Virus record (IMG/VR): IMGVR_UViG_3300035680_000003
Strand: one strand, 5' to 3'
Origin: a virus
Lineage: Duplodnaviria; Heunggongvirae; Uroviricota; Caudoviricetes
Length of the DNA: 64,000 nucleotides
Shown: positions 20,057 through 29,499 of the stretch, in pieces
Numbering within the stretch: position 1 is the stretch's first letter
Layout: the number at the start of each line of letters is the position of its first letter
The notes under the pieces: generated by a model
Seen by the model: only the letters and a program-made list of their open reading frames with translations
Told to the model about the DNA's origin: nothing
Databases searched by the model: none
Program-made: the position numbers and the translations under genes

Positions 20057-20929
20057 TCAAGTCCACAGGCCATGACGCACCTTGATAAGACGGATCATCA
20101 TTTCTTCATCTTCGGCTTCGTATGCCTGCTCAATTTCGTGAGTCTTCATAAGAGCAGCATCGCCTAAGGCACGAGTTTCTGGATTAGCACTTTCTTTCAT
20201 AAAGCTAAGTCCAGTCTCGCCGTGTTCTTTGCGCTTGAGTTCACAGTACTCACTCCACCCGCCGGCATCGTGTGCGTCAGGACGGTTTGGATAAACATCT
20301 TTCCACCAACGATATAGGTCAAGAACTTCCTGTGCCTTAACAGCCTGCGGAGTTGGCTTACCAATATTTGGATCACCTTCGGCCCAGCCACTATCTGTAT
20401 CGTGGCGGAGACTTCGTTGCCAATCCAGATTGTCGAGTCCAGCTTGTGGACAACGCCAGGTTCTCCAACGGAACCAACCAGTTGCCCAGAATGGGGGATT
20501 ATACTTAACACTGTCTGCCTTATCTGCCCAAGCAATTTGCCACCAAGCTAATTCGACTTCAACAAAGTCGACCAGCTCATTAAAAAGACAAGGAAGGAAA
20601 CGATTACCAACATCACACCACTGACCGGGTTTAATGTCTTTAGGGTGTGCAGTGAGACTATGAGTACGAGTAACCCACCGGTTATTAACATAATACTTGA
20701 TATCATAAATCTTCCTAACGGGCCAAGTGACAAAGTCTTGGAGGTGGCCGAGTGCTTCTTCCGCTAGCCAGTAACGGAAATTGTGTTTCATTTGAGCCGC
20801 AGTTGTCCAGTCGTCCCATTGTTCAGCTGTACCGGCACTAAGTTTCTTAGTACCACGAAGCCAATCTGCAAAAGGACTGCAACTCCAATATTTCGAGTGT
20901 TGTGCCATTTTAGTCTTTCTTTTCGCCAA
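20057..20929 (-). CDS. Trp-rich hypothetical protein
   Basis: 290 aa with many W residues. Confidence 0.4.
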   Translation of the reverse strand: MAKRKTKMAQHSKYWSCSPFADWLRGTKKLSAGTAEQWDDWTTAAQMKHNFRYWLAEEALGHLQDFVTWPVRKIYDIKYYVNNRWVTRTHSLTAHPKDIKPGQWCDVGNRFLPCLFNELVDFVEVELAWWQIAWADKADSVKYNPPFWATGWFRWRTWRCPQAGLDNLDWQRSLRHDTDSGWAEGDPNIGKPTPQAVKAQEVLDLYRWWKDVYPNRPDAHDAGGWSEYCELKRKEHGETGLSFMKESANPETRALGDAALMKTHEIEQAYEAEDEEMMIRLIKVRHGLWT

Positions 20930-21596
20930 ACAGTTGTAGTAGGCTTAGGAACAAGTTAATAAAATTCAAATACAAGCTCAGTGCTCCGCGAATTTCGGCA
21001 ACACCATCATTTTCCATTGATACCTCTTCACGAATACGCTGTGTGTCGTAGGCAGTTAATCCAAGGAACACTAGAATAGCAATGGCCGAAATGACCATTT
21101 GAAATACTGTGCTACCAACAAAAATATTGATAACGCTGGCAATAATAATGGCAATCAATCCAATTAACAATAGTGATCCAAATCCACTAAGATCCTTTTT
21201 AGTAAAGTACCCGTATCCACTCATAACACCAAATAGGATCGCACCTCCCATAAAGGCCGATACAATACTGCCCATGTTGTACACCACAAAAATTGTAGCA
21301 AAACTAAGCCCCATGAGTGCTGAAAATATATACAAAAATATCTGTGAGCCCGTTTTACTAAACTTTTCACTGGCTACACTAAATGCCAAAATCAGTAAAA
21401 GAGGTGCAAAAATTACTATCCATTTCATAATACCAGTGAAGAAAAAGGCCATCAATGCTGCATTAGCACTGACCTGATAGCTAGTAAACATTGAAATCAA
21501 TACCGCAATTGCCATGTGCCCATAGACCCGACCCATTGCAGAATTGATCTGCTCTGCGTTTCTATAGACACTATTTTCATAAGTTGTCGAATACAT
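20910..21596 (-). CDS. Bax inhibitor-1 / YccA family (UPF0005) multi-pass membrane protein
   Basis: seven hydrophobic segments; C-terminal AYDTQRI...GALSLYLNFINLFLSLLQLFG closely matches the YccA/BI-1 signature. Confidence 0.7.
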   Translation of the reverse strand: MYSTTYENSVYRNAEQINSAMGRVYGHMAIAVLISMFTSYQVSANAALMAFFFTGIMKWIVIFAPLLLILAFSVASEKFSKTGSQIFLYIFSALMGLSFATIFVVYNMGSIVSAFMGGAILFGVMSGYGYFTKKDLSGFGSLLLIGLIAIIIASVINIFVGSTVFQMVISAIAILVFLGLTAYDTQRIREEVSMENDGVAEIRGALSLYLNFINLFLSLLQLFGEKKD

Positions 21597-21610
21597 ATAT
21601 ATAATCTCCT

Positions 21611-21850
21611 TTAACCTCTAATGGTTATTTGTGTTTTATTTACAACGGGACCGTCGCTAACGAAGTCTAATCCAGCCATCTTGCCTTCATAAACTTTACC
21701 GTTCCATCTCATTGGCATCTTGATGCTTTTATTTAATACAACAGTTAGCCGATCTTTATCTTTAAATTCATAGACGGTAGCATCCACTAACTTACTAGTA
21801 TTTGCCTGCCGCACTTTACATGTTTCACTATGCCTAATTATATCTGCCAT
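21611..21850 (-). CDS. hypothetical protein
   Basis: 79-aa ORF. Confidence 0.3.
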   Translation of the reverse strand: MADIIRHSETCKVRQANTSKLVDATVYEFKDKDRLTVVLNKSIKMPMRWNGKVYEGKMAGLDFVSDGPVVNKTQITIRG

Positions 21851-21881
21851 ACGACTATTATATAGTAGATTGTACCAAAAG

Positions 21882-22253
21882 TCAATTGGTTTTGGTAATA
21901 AACGGAGTTAATTCTGGAGGCGTCCAGCCCAAAGGTTTAAGCACTTTTCCATCCTCGCGCTTACGCACCTTGCCTGTTTCTTTGTCAATTTTGGCAAAAT
22001 TAGTTCTCATGACTTCTTTCCATGCACCCTCTGCATCTGCGCCCATGCTGTGTAATGCTCCTATTGTAACAACTAAAATATCGACTAGTGCATCGACGGT
22101 TTCGACTTTATCGTGTTGGCCTACAGCTTCGCCTAATTCTCTACACTCTTCTTCTATTAGCGTCATGTAAAGGTTAAATTGATCTTCGTTAAAGTTATCA
22201 ACGGTCTGGTCGCAGGCTCGCATAAACTTTTCCATATCTCTAAAAACATTCAT
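21882..22253 (-). CDS. mazG: MazG-like nucleoside triphosphate pyrophosphohydrolase
   Basis: EEECRELGEA...ETVDALVDILVVTIG...KEVMRTNFAK are typical of the all-alpha NTP-PPase fold. Confidence 0.7.
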   Translation of the reverse strand: MNVFRDMEKFMRACDQTVDNFNEDQFNLYMTLIEEECRELGEAVGQHDKVETVDALVDILVVTIGALHSMGADAEGAWKEVMRTNFAKIDKETGKVRKREDGKVLKPLGWTPPELTPFITKTN

Positions 22254-22310
22254 ATTTGGTCCTTTTGTTTTTTATTTTTTCTATTTTGAGCAGCTAGTCT
22301 CATTTTTTCT

Positions 22311-23144
22311 TTAGTTTCGTCGGAATGTGTTTGTCATATATTCCTTGTTGTAAATTAAATTTTTAATACTTTGAGATCTACTCTTAGAACTCTTTTCCCC
22401 TAACACTGCTACTGCAAACATAGTATCATTGTGCTTGACCAACATTACTAAGCATCTACCTGCTTTGCTGGTAAAGCCAGTTTTACTAATCAACACATTA
22501 TAGTTTGTAATATCAGGATTAGTGTTTCTTACCTGTAATGTTACAGTCTTGTTCCTGTTATTGTCAAACTCTACTTTCTCATTTTCAGCCGATGAAATCT
22601 GTGTGATTAGCGTGTATCTACGCAACCACCATACAAAATTTACTAGATCATTAGCTGTACTAACATTTCCGGCGCCTATACCACTAGCATCTTCAATACG
22701 AGTATTTTTTAGACCGATGTCGCTTATATGTTCATTGACATAGTTTATAAAGGCAGCGTAGCCACCAGGATGAGCATGTGCTAAACTGTCAGCGGCCCGA
22801 TTATCGCTGGCGATCAGCATGGCCTTGATAAGTTCTATTCGGAGAACCTTGGTCTTATTTGGAAATCGTCCTGTTGTAGATCCTTTGACAACGATTGATT
22901 CGTTGAGATCAACTCCACTGTCAATTACTGCCATTGCTGTAAATAGTTTAGTAACACTGGCAATTGGTACTACTTGATCTTCTCTAACCGCAGCCTCCAT
23001 TACTGCATCGGTAAAATTATATAGTGCGGCAGTTGTGGCACCTGCGTTTAGAGAGCAGAACAGAAGAAGGATAGTTAGGATTTTCATACATTTATTTAAC
23101 TTGTCCCCAACGAAGATAAAACTCGGATAACTTCTTTGCTTCAA
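22311..23144 (-). CDS. D-alanyl-D-alanine carboxypeptidase (peptidase S11 / PBP5-like) with signal peptide
   Basis: SVTKLFT (SxxK), ASDNRAAD (SxN) and SKTGFTSKAG (KTG) motifs; N-terminal ILTILLLFCSLNAGA signal. Confidence 0.7.
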   Translation of the reverse strand: MKQRSYPSFIFVGDKLNKCMKILTILLLFCSLNAGATTAALYNFTDAVMEAAVREDQVVPIASVTKLFTAMAVIDSGVDLNESIVVKGSTTGRFPNKTKVLRIELIKAMLIASDNRAADSLAHAHPGGYAAFINYVNEHISDIGLKNTRIEDASGIGAGNVSTANDLVNFVWWLRRYTLITQISSAENEKVEFDNNRNKTVTLQVRNTNPDITNYNVLISKTGFTSKAGRCLVMLVKHNDTMFAVAVLGEKSSKSRSQSIKNLIYNKEYMTNTFRRN

Positions 23145-23385
23145 GTTCCGCCATAATAATATACCTATATCCCATCCACATTGAATCCATATGTCTATGC
23201 CATTCTGGTTTATCTACAGCGTGTTTGAATACAAACTGCCCTGCTTCACTACGTTCCCAATCAAACATAGGCCCAGCAGCATATATGTCAGGATCGTCGA
23301 CATCGGCAAGATTAAACTTATGCACAACAACCTTGTGAATCTTTTTCACAACATCGCCTTCTACAGTATATCTTACTGAGCCCAT
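23092..23385 (-). CDS. hypothetical protein
   Basis: 97 aa; overlaps the previous gene start, so the true start is uncertain. Confidence 0.3.
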   Translation of the reverse strand: MGSVRYTVEGDVVKKIHKVVVHKFNLADVDDPDIYAAGPMFDWERSEAGQFVFKHAVDKPEWHRHMDSMWMGYRYIIMAELEAKKLSEFYLRWGQVK

Positions 23386-23702
23386 GATAGATGAAATACA
23401 GTTATAAATTTTTCAGCATCACTGCGATTTTTAAAATCCCACATGTCCCAAGACATTCGCTTACAGTTGGGCCAATCTTTTAATTTTTCTTCTGTCCATC
23501 TAACACAGTTGTCTAGATTTATTGAATGAAGATGGTCGTTTACAAATTCCTCTGCCTCGGACGAACCCCAGTCTTCTACAAGTTGTAGCCGCCACCATCT
23601 TACACCGGTACCTGTTCCATCACAATTAAGTTTAGGTTTAATCACAGAAAGTTTTTTGCTCCACTGAAATATCACCGCCTGCAAATCATCAAGTGCGCTC
23701 AT
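23373..23702 (-). CDS. hypothetical protein
   Basis: 109-aa ORF. Confidence 0.35.
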   Translation of the reverse strand: MSALDDLQAVIFQWSKKLSVIKPKLNCDGTGTGVRWWRLQLVEDWGSSEAEEFVNDHLHSINLDNCVRWTEEKLKDWPNCKRMSWDMWDFKNRSDAEKFITVFHLSWAQ

Positions 23703-24154
23703 GCCTTCTTCTTTTTAAAGTACCGACGCTTTGGTTTATTGTCTTTTAGATTTAAAGGAGCGTGTTCCATCTCCATTTGACTCTTCTGTAGAGCCGCATG
23801 TATTTCTTCCGTGCTAGGCCCTTCTTCTTCCTCAGATGAGTCAAGACTGGGATGATCATCAAATGCAAAACCAACAGTACTGGCAAATTTAATAGTAGAT
23901 TCAAAATTACCAAGGTTTCTTAAAGACCCCACCGGACCTTTTTCGTCTTGACTAATGTTATGCCACGTTCGAATCTCAAGAATAGGTTCAATGTGTGAAG
24001 GTACTTCGATAATATAGTGATCACCGACAGAGTACCCTGCTTCACTTAGGTCAATTACTTTAATAACCTTGCCCTGAACAGGCTTGGTATTGCTTCGGTT
24101 AATGCCATATATCCATACTGTATCACCTACTGCATATTGTTTTTTAACTGTCAT
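23699..24154 (-). CDS. hypothetical protein with basic C-terminal tail
   Basis: 151-aa ORF. Confidence 0.35.
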   Translation of the reverse strand: MTVKKQYAVGDTVWIYGINRSNTKPVQGKVIKVIDLSEAGYSVGDHYIIEVPSHIEPILEIRTWHNISQDEKGPVGSLRNLGNFESTIKFASTVGFAFDDHPSLDSSEEEEGPSTEEIHAALQKSQMEMEHAPLNLKDNKPKRRYFKKKKA

Positions 24155-24329
24155 GTTTTTCCTTAACGCTTACGTTACCTTTAGACTCTAACATGTCCTT
24201 AATGAACTTGATAGCTTTTCTATCGGTATCGTAAACGTATTCTGCGTCCTCGTCATCGGTCCGCAAAGTTACTACAACACCGTTTTTTACCTTACGGATC
24301 TCGATTGACTCAAACATAAATTCACCTTT

Positions 24330-25061
24330 TTATTTAGGAACACTTAAATTGTAATTGAAGTGAAAGATTCCAATATGAGCTGTTTCACGACTCAACTCTT
24401 GATCACACCAGATCTCGTAACCTGCTTTTTGTGCCTGTTGACAGAAGAAGATATCTTCACCGATTTCCAAATTAAGTTCTGGAATAAACTCTTGCAAGTA
24501 ATGAGGCTGTGGGATTTTTTCATATACTTCACGCTTGCAAAGTACTAGACCGTGTGGTAGAACATCGATCAGTTCCATTGCTGGACTATTATCTGTAGTT
24601 TGGAATTCACGGAAGTTTCCGCTAGATCCAACCATACCTGTGAAGTTTGCATTAGGGAAACGACGACGACGATAGTTAGCACCCACAATGTCTTTGTTCC
24701 GCTTGAGTAAACGAATAGGAGCATCGATTGGGAATTTCATGTCACTGTCAACCCACCAGATATAATCAAAGTCACTCTTTAAGAAGATGTCAACTAGGTT
24801 ACGACGAGCAATAGTAATAACACTACCGATATTAAATGCACAATTAATCTTAATACCGTGTGCTACTAGATTAGCAGCCGACATAGCAAGATGTTGTGCA
24901 AACTCTGCATTGACCATTTCCATTGCTGGAACAGCAATCATAATTGATGGCGGTTTACCTCCTGGCTGCGTTGGCATCGCAGTGGTAGTTGGTGCTGTCG
25001 GAGCTGCCGGGCGAGCCAAGTTAGTCGGGCGGCTTGGAATGTTTAATTTACCTTTTTTCAT
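24330..25061 (-). CDS. putative GT-A fold glycosyltransferase with Pro/Ala-rich N-terminal linker
   Basis: IMIAVPA...DYIWWVDSDMKF (DxD) pattern. Confidence 0.4.
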   Translation of the reverse strand: MKKGKLNIPSRPTNLARPAAPTAPTTTAMPTQPGGKPPSIMIAVPAMEMVNAEFAQHLAMSAANLVAHGIKINCAFNIGSVITIARRNLVDIFLKSDFDYIWWVDSDMKFPIDAPIRLLKRNKDIVGANYRRRRFPNANFTGMVGSSGNFREFQTTDNSPAMELIDVLPHGLVLCKREVYEKIPQPHYLQEFIPELNLEIGEDIFFCQQAQKAGYEIWCDQELSRETAHIGIFHFNYNLSVPK

Positions 25062-25073
25062 TTTTATCCTTAA

Positions 25074-25772
25074 TTATCTAGGTGCGAACTCTTGTTGTAA
25101 TTTGATGTTATCAAAAAATTCTTTCTTTGTAGCTGGATCATCTCTAAATGATCCTTTGAGCACAGTTGTTTGAGTTAATGAACTATGCGCCATGATGCCA
25201 CGATTCTCACAGCACCCGTGTACTGCTTGAATGTAGACTGCTACGTTTTCTGAGGCAGTAGCTTTACTAATTTCTCGGGCAATGTCGTTGCAAAGTTCCT
25301 CCTGGAGAGTCCCGCGACGAGCACACCACTGAGCAATACGAGTGTACTTGCTAAGACCAATAAGTTTTTCTGCGGCGATGATGCCAATGTAAGCGACACC
25401 GCTAACGGGCTGATGATGATGACTGCACATAGAGCGCAACTCACTACGTACCACCAGCATACCTTCGTATCGGTCTTCTGAATCGTTTGGAAATGCTGTT
25501 GCGTCTGGTGCTGCTTCATATCTTCCTGCCATTATTTCATTGTAGTACATCTTGGCCAGTCTACGTGCTGTGCCTTTGCTGTTGGGGTCGGTTTCACGAT
25601 CGATCAACAGTGAATCTAACACTTTTTCAAAGGCCTCTGTTGCTTCGTCAATAAGTTCAGGCATAACATTGTTGTCGACATAGTCGCTGATGTTGTCGCC
25701 TGCCCAGAAGCGTTTGTTATCTTGTTTCATTCGATCGCGGATAACTTGCGATAGATTTTTACTTGTATCCAT
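25074..25772 (-). CDS. folE: GTP cyclohydrolase I
   Basis: SMCSHHHQPVSGVAYIGII..IGLSKYTRIAQWCARR..LQEEL aligns with FolE (SMCEHHLVPF..GLSKLARIVE..VQERL). Confidence 0.85.
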   Translation of the reverse strand: MDTSKNLSQVIRDRMKQDNKRFWAGDNISDYVDNNVMPELIDEATEAFEKVLDSLLIDRETDPNSKGTARRLAKMYYNEIMAGRYEAAPDATAFPNDSEDRYEGMLVVRSELRSMCSHHHQPVSGVAYIGIIAAEKLIGLSKYTRIAQWCARRGTLQEELCNDIAREISKATASENVAVYIQAVHGCCENRGIMAHSSLTQTTVLKGSFRDDPATKKEFFDNIKLQQEFAPR

Positions 25773-25810
25773 TTATTCTCCGAGTTATTGTCGTGGATGA
25801 CTTGTATATT

Positions 25811-25839
25811 ATAATACATTATTATTTAGGTTCAGTCAA
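25811..25839 (-). promoter_or_regulatory. sigma70-like promoter (TTGACT-17-TATTAT) upstream of folE
   Basis: minus strand TTGACTgaacctaaataataatgTATTAT. Confidence 0.45.
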
Positions 25840-26655
25840 GCGTAGTATTAGATTTTTCTTAACTGCGGAGTCCAAAACATTCATTTGCACACCTTGTTGT
25901 TCTGCGTATTTTAATAGAGCAGAAGTATCTTTTGGAAAGCACATACCGCCAAATCCGAACTCGCCGTCGGGTCCTGGCACCTTCATATGACTATTGCCAA
26001 TACGACTATCCATTGTAATCATACTGGCAATCTTATTATAATCTTGCCCTGTTTTAGTAGCAAGGGCATATAACTCATTCATAAACGTAACCTTAGTCGA
26101 TAGGAATGAATTGATAGCATATTTGCTCAGTGCGGCTTCTTGGATAGTGCAATGCTGTACCTGTTCTAATGCAGTTTGCCCAAGCCGAATAATGCGTTCT
26201 GCATCACGCTGATATGCACCTACGCTACCGCCGATAATGGCAAACTTGCCATTTATATAATCTCTCTCAGCATTGGCAGCAGTTAGAAACTCCGGAGCAT
26301 GAACTAGATTAGGGTACTGATCATTTAGAGTTTGGTACACACTAGGTGGTGCAGTACACTTACTGATAATAACGCCTTTGTAATCTTTAAGTTTTTCTAA
26401 GACGTACTCTAATATACTGGCATCGCATTTGCCATCGTCTCCCATTGGAGTAGGTACGCAGACAAACACGCCTTCGCAGTCGGCGAGATCTTTAAATGTG
26501 TGTGAACCTTTTGTTGTATCTTTATCAACTAGTATAAGGTCAGTTGAGATTTCCATTGATCTAGCAATGGCACTGCCCACAAATCCTAGGCCCACAATGC
26601 CTATTTTTGGGTTATTTGAAAAAGGGAAATTCATAATATATGTATTTAATGTCAT
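25822..26655 (-). CDS. ugd: UDP-glucose 6-dehydrogenase (short form lacking the C-terminal UDP-binding domain?)
   Basis: Rossmann GIVGLGFVGSA, EFLTAANAERDY motif and catalytic Cys motif GFGGMCFPKD; only 277 aa. Confidence 0.7.
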   Translation of the reverse strand: MTLNTYIMNFPFSNNPKIGIVGLGFVGSAIARSMEISTDLILVDKDTTKGSHTFKDLADCEGVFVCVPTPMGDDGKCDASILEYVLEKLKDYKGVIISKCTAPPSVYQTLNDQYPNLVHAPEFLTAANAERDYINGKFAIIGGSVGAYQRDAERIIRLGQTALEQVQHCTIQEAALSKYAINSFLSTKVTFMNELYALATKTGQDYNKIASMITMDSRIGNSHMKVPGPDGEFGFGGMCFPKDTSALLKYAEQQGVQMNVLDSAVKKNLILRLTEPK

Positions 26656-26879
26656 TCACTGAGCCCCATAAAAATAAGTTCACGCTCTGTAACATTGGCA
26701 ACAGGTTTGAGCCAACCGTGACGAATACATTCATTGATAATCATCTTGTATTCTTTTGGACAACTTTGATTGATCTCAAATCCTGCTCGAGGTGCCTGCA
26801 TCAATCCGTCGTAGATTACGAATTTAGGATCGCTCTGTTTGAGAGTGCGTATTTGACTTTTGTATAGAGTGTATGTCAT
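26652..26879 (-). CDS. hypothetical protein
   Basis: 75 aa, with a sigma70-like promoter upstream (26886-26914). Confidence 0.35.
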   Translation of the reverse strand: MTYTLYKSQIRTLKQSDPKFVIYDGLMQAPRAGFEINQSCPKEYKMIINECIRHGWLKPVANVTERELIFMGLSE

Positions 26880-26885
26880 ACTGCT

Positions 26886-26914
26886 AGTATAGCAGTATTA
26901 ACATTGCATGTCAA
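26886..26914 (-). promoter_or_regulatory. sigma70-like promoter (TTGACA-17-TATACT)
   Basis: minus strand TTGACAtgcaatgttaatactgcTATACT, upstream of the 26652..26879 start. Confidence 0.5.
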
Positions 26915-27645
26915 CGGTCTATCCAGTCTTTATTACGGTAAGGTTTACCAATGGCTGCTTGCGGTAGATATCGAACTACTTTCTTTTTTAATCGTTGAAT
27001 AATGGGATGGTTGTGATCGTGTTGGAATGCTCTTAAATACATTCTCCAACTGTTGTGACGTCGTCTGATGCCTTTTTGGTTTTCACTTAGGTAGTCGACG
27101 ATTTGGTCCACATCACCTTTAAATTTGTCTATTAATTCACAAGCGATATTGAATCCGTATGCATCTATTTCATCGGAACAGCCCAAATAACTCTGCTCCA
27201 TTTGCACTTCTGTTTTGTTTGCAGTGCTGGCATAATCTGGAATAATTTTAAATTTACGCCTACGATACTGCCTCATGTGTATCAATTCGTGTAGTAGGGT
27301 GTCTGCTACTGTATAACACATTCCCTTGTAGCGTTTTTTAGTTATGCATATATGCTCGTCAAACAACGAATAAACAAATATTATCTCTACAGCCTTCTTT
27401 TTATCTTGGTCCCACTCACTATAATATGTTCCGCCCACCCAAACTTGATTGGATTCTACTTTAAAATTAGTACTTCGTTTAAACCTAACTGGCGCTAATT
27501 TTTTTAAATGATTGGTAATTTTGCTGTGGAATTTTTCTATAGTAAGCTGTTGCCCGACTAATTCCGGATAAAGAGAGTACAGGAAACTGGCGATAGTTTC
27601 TCGATCTAGCATAGACCAATTGAATCGTACTCTTGGTGTAGTCAT
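26911..27645 (-). CDS. putative HExxH zinc metallopeptidase (SprT-like?)
   Basis: LLHELIHMRQY carries an HExxH motif. Confidence 0.35.
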   Translation of the reverse strand: MTTPRVRFNWSMLDRETIASFLYSLYPELVGQQLTIEKFHSKITNHLKKLAPVRFKRSTNFKVESNQVWVGGTYYSEWDQDKKKAVEIIFVYSLFDEHICITKKRYKGMCYTVADTLLHELIHMRQYRRRKFKIIPDYASTANKTEVQMEQSYLGCSDEIDAYGFNIACELIDKFKGDVDQIVDYLSENQKGIRRRHNSWRMYLRAFQHDHNHPIIQRLKKKVVRYLPQAAIGKPYRNKDWIDR

Positions 27646-27665
27646 GTTTCCACCTTGTAATATAT

Positions 27666-28199
27666 TTAGTTATCACTTACACTTTCATTATGTGCTACTT
27701 TAATGACGCTAAGACCACTCTTCTCTAAAAATTCTACGCCCGCCATGTCCCTATAACTATTGCGATAGTATACGCTAGATATGCCGCTTTGGTATATAAG
27801 TTTGGCACAATCCAAACAAGGAGCGTGAGTAATAAAAATATCAGCATCACGGCCGCTTTGGCTCGACTTGGCCAGCTTCGCAATCGCATTGGATTCAGCA
27901 TGTAATACCTCTGGTTTAGTTTTTAATCCGTAACGAACATTTCGTTGAGCACCTTCGTGCCATCCTTCGTGCGGGTACTTAGCATCGAACTCCTCTGGGT
28001 CAAGCCAACCACCTGCACCCGAATCCCAAACTTTATCTTCACAGTCATTATCCCAGCCCGCAGGCATTCCGTTGTAGCCGTAGCTAATAACTGAACCATC
28101 TTTAACAATAACCGCACCTACCTGAAGTCTAATGGCGTGGCTAAGTTCAGCAGCTCTTAAAGCCCAATCCATATACATGTCTATGTATTTTTCTTTCAT
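27666..28199 (-). CDS. dCMP deaminase (cytidine/deoxycytidylate deaminase family)
   Basis: HAESNAI (zinc-binding H/E) and HAPCLDCAK (PCxxC) motifs. Confidence 0.8.
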   Translation of the reverse strand: MKEKYIDMYMDWALRAAELSHAIRLQVGAVIVKDGSVISYGYNGMPAGWDNDCEDKVWDSGAGGWLDPEEFDAKYPHEGWHEGAQRNVRYGLKTKPEVLHAESNAIAKLAKSSQSGRDADIFITHAPCLDCAKLIYQSGISSVYYRNSYRDMAGVEFLEKSGLSVIKVAHNESVSDN

Positions 28200-28951
28200 T
28201 GATAATCTCTGCCGTCTCTAGAGTGGTACTTTTTATCGGGATCATAGTGGGCAAATTGATCATAATTTGGTTCGTTTGGTAACACTCTTTTACCTACGAA
28301 CCACTCGCCTATGTGATTAATTAGTTTTCTTCCATAATAATTTCTAATATTCGCAGACACCATGCCGTACTGTTCGTGTAGTACTTTACCTACAAGCCCT
28401 TCATTTAAATTAAAATCGTAGAATTTTCTATAGTCCACCTTAACCCTATCTAATGAATATAAACTTGCCATGGGACTAAAAATCAAGCTATTTTTTGTAT
28501 AACGAAAATTCTTATAGATATGATCTGATCTGTCAGCAATCGGATCCGTTTCGTGACCGTACCATGCTTGTCTTGCTAACTGAACCTGTCCCAATTCTTG
28601 ATCTTTTTGCAATAGCTCTATAAGGTCGGTGACTAGTACAGGTTCTAGTATTTCTACGTCATCTTCTTGGTGCCATATGTAGTCATAATCTCTTTCTTTC
28701 ATTAGGTCCCAGAATTGACTCCATGTTACACTCAACCCTAGATTTTCTGGATGCAAAATAATTTCATTATAGCCGTACAACTTAACCAGCTCTGTGATCA
28801 TCAAATCGTTTCGAGTTTTAGGATAATCATCGATGAAAATTTTATGTACTTCGCATCCGTAATAATTTATATTACGCTGTGCTCTTAGTGTACGAGTCAA
28901 GTACTCTAGTCTGTTAGTTGAAAATATTACCTGACAAATTTTATAGGTCAT
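28196..28951 (-). CDS. putative glycosyltransferase-like protein
   Basis: VIFSTNR...KIFIDDYP GT-A-like N-terminal pattern; weak. Confidence 0.3.
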   Translation of the reverse strand: MTYKICQVIFSTNRLEYLTRTLRAQRNINYYGCEVHKIFIDDYPKTRNDLMITELVKLYGYNEIILHPENLGLSVTWSQFWDLMKERDYDYIWHQEDDVEILEPVLVTDLIELLQKDQELGQVQLARQAWYGHETDPIADRSDHIYKNFRYTKNSLIFSPMASLYSLDRVKVDYRKFYDFNLNEGLVGKVLHEQYGMVSANIRNYYGRKLINHIGEWFVGKRVLPNEPNYDQFAHYDPDKKYHSRDGRDYQ

Positions 28952-29499
28952 TAGATTCTCTCAGTATTAAAGAAGAAAGTTTGGAAAAGTCTGCCAGTTT
29001 CGTTGCTGTTACCAAAATAATCTAAACTTGCGTGATATAGATCACCTCGATAAATTATTAGCCTGTTGTATTTGTTTCCTACTCTATCAAATTGATCCCA
29101 TTTAGTATAATCATAACCTTCGTGGTCTTTGTTAGATCTTCTAAATTCTCCAGTTTCTTTGTGACGATAAAATGCAGTTCCACCTGTATGTGGAGCATCT
29201 GGAGTTAGGTAACAAACACCTGCCCACATATTATGATGGTCGGCATGTATCCATGTTCTGTCTTGAGCTGTGGCTAATTGAAAGGCTCCGGTGTAACCTT
29301 GATCTTCAAACCAGTGAGTAACCGGCCCTGCAAATGCCATCCAGTATTCGATACAGGATTTAACATCGTCCGGTAGATAAGGTTTAGTTCTTGATCCGGG
29401 ATAATTTCCTTTTACCGAGAAGTCTTGAGACAATGCATAATTTCTAACAATGTCTGGGTTCTCATAAAAGTTATCGATAACTAATAATTCTAAATTCAT
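28951..29499 (-). CDS. putative 2OG-Fe(II) oxygenase superfamily protein
   Basis: IHADHH (HxD) ... LYHAS ... GRLF, consistent with an HxD...H...R facial triad. Confidence 0.4.
   Translation of the reverse strand: MNLELLVIDNFYENPDIVRNYALSQDFSVKGNYPGSRTKPYLPDDVKSCIEYWMAFAGPVTHWFEDQGYTGAFQLATAQDRTWIHADHHNMWAGVCYLTPDAPHTGGTAFYRHKETGEFRRSNKDHEGYDYTKWDQFDRVGNKYNRLIIYRGDLYHASLDYFGNSNETGRLFQTFFFNTERI

Noticed and set aside
16292-21477. Various plus-strand ORFs of 60-140 aa antisense to the minus-strand gene string (for example 16292..16621, 16845..17111, 18069..18458, 19399..19662, 19674..20075, 21109..21477)
   Set aside because: Each lies fully within a longer minus-strand ORF that continues the translationally coupled operon-like series. 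They have no RBS-like sequence and unusual composition.
25241-25519. 92-aa ORF inside folE in another frame
   Set aside because: It is embedded in the strongly supported FolE frame.
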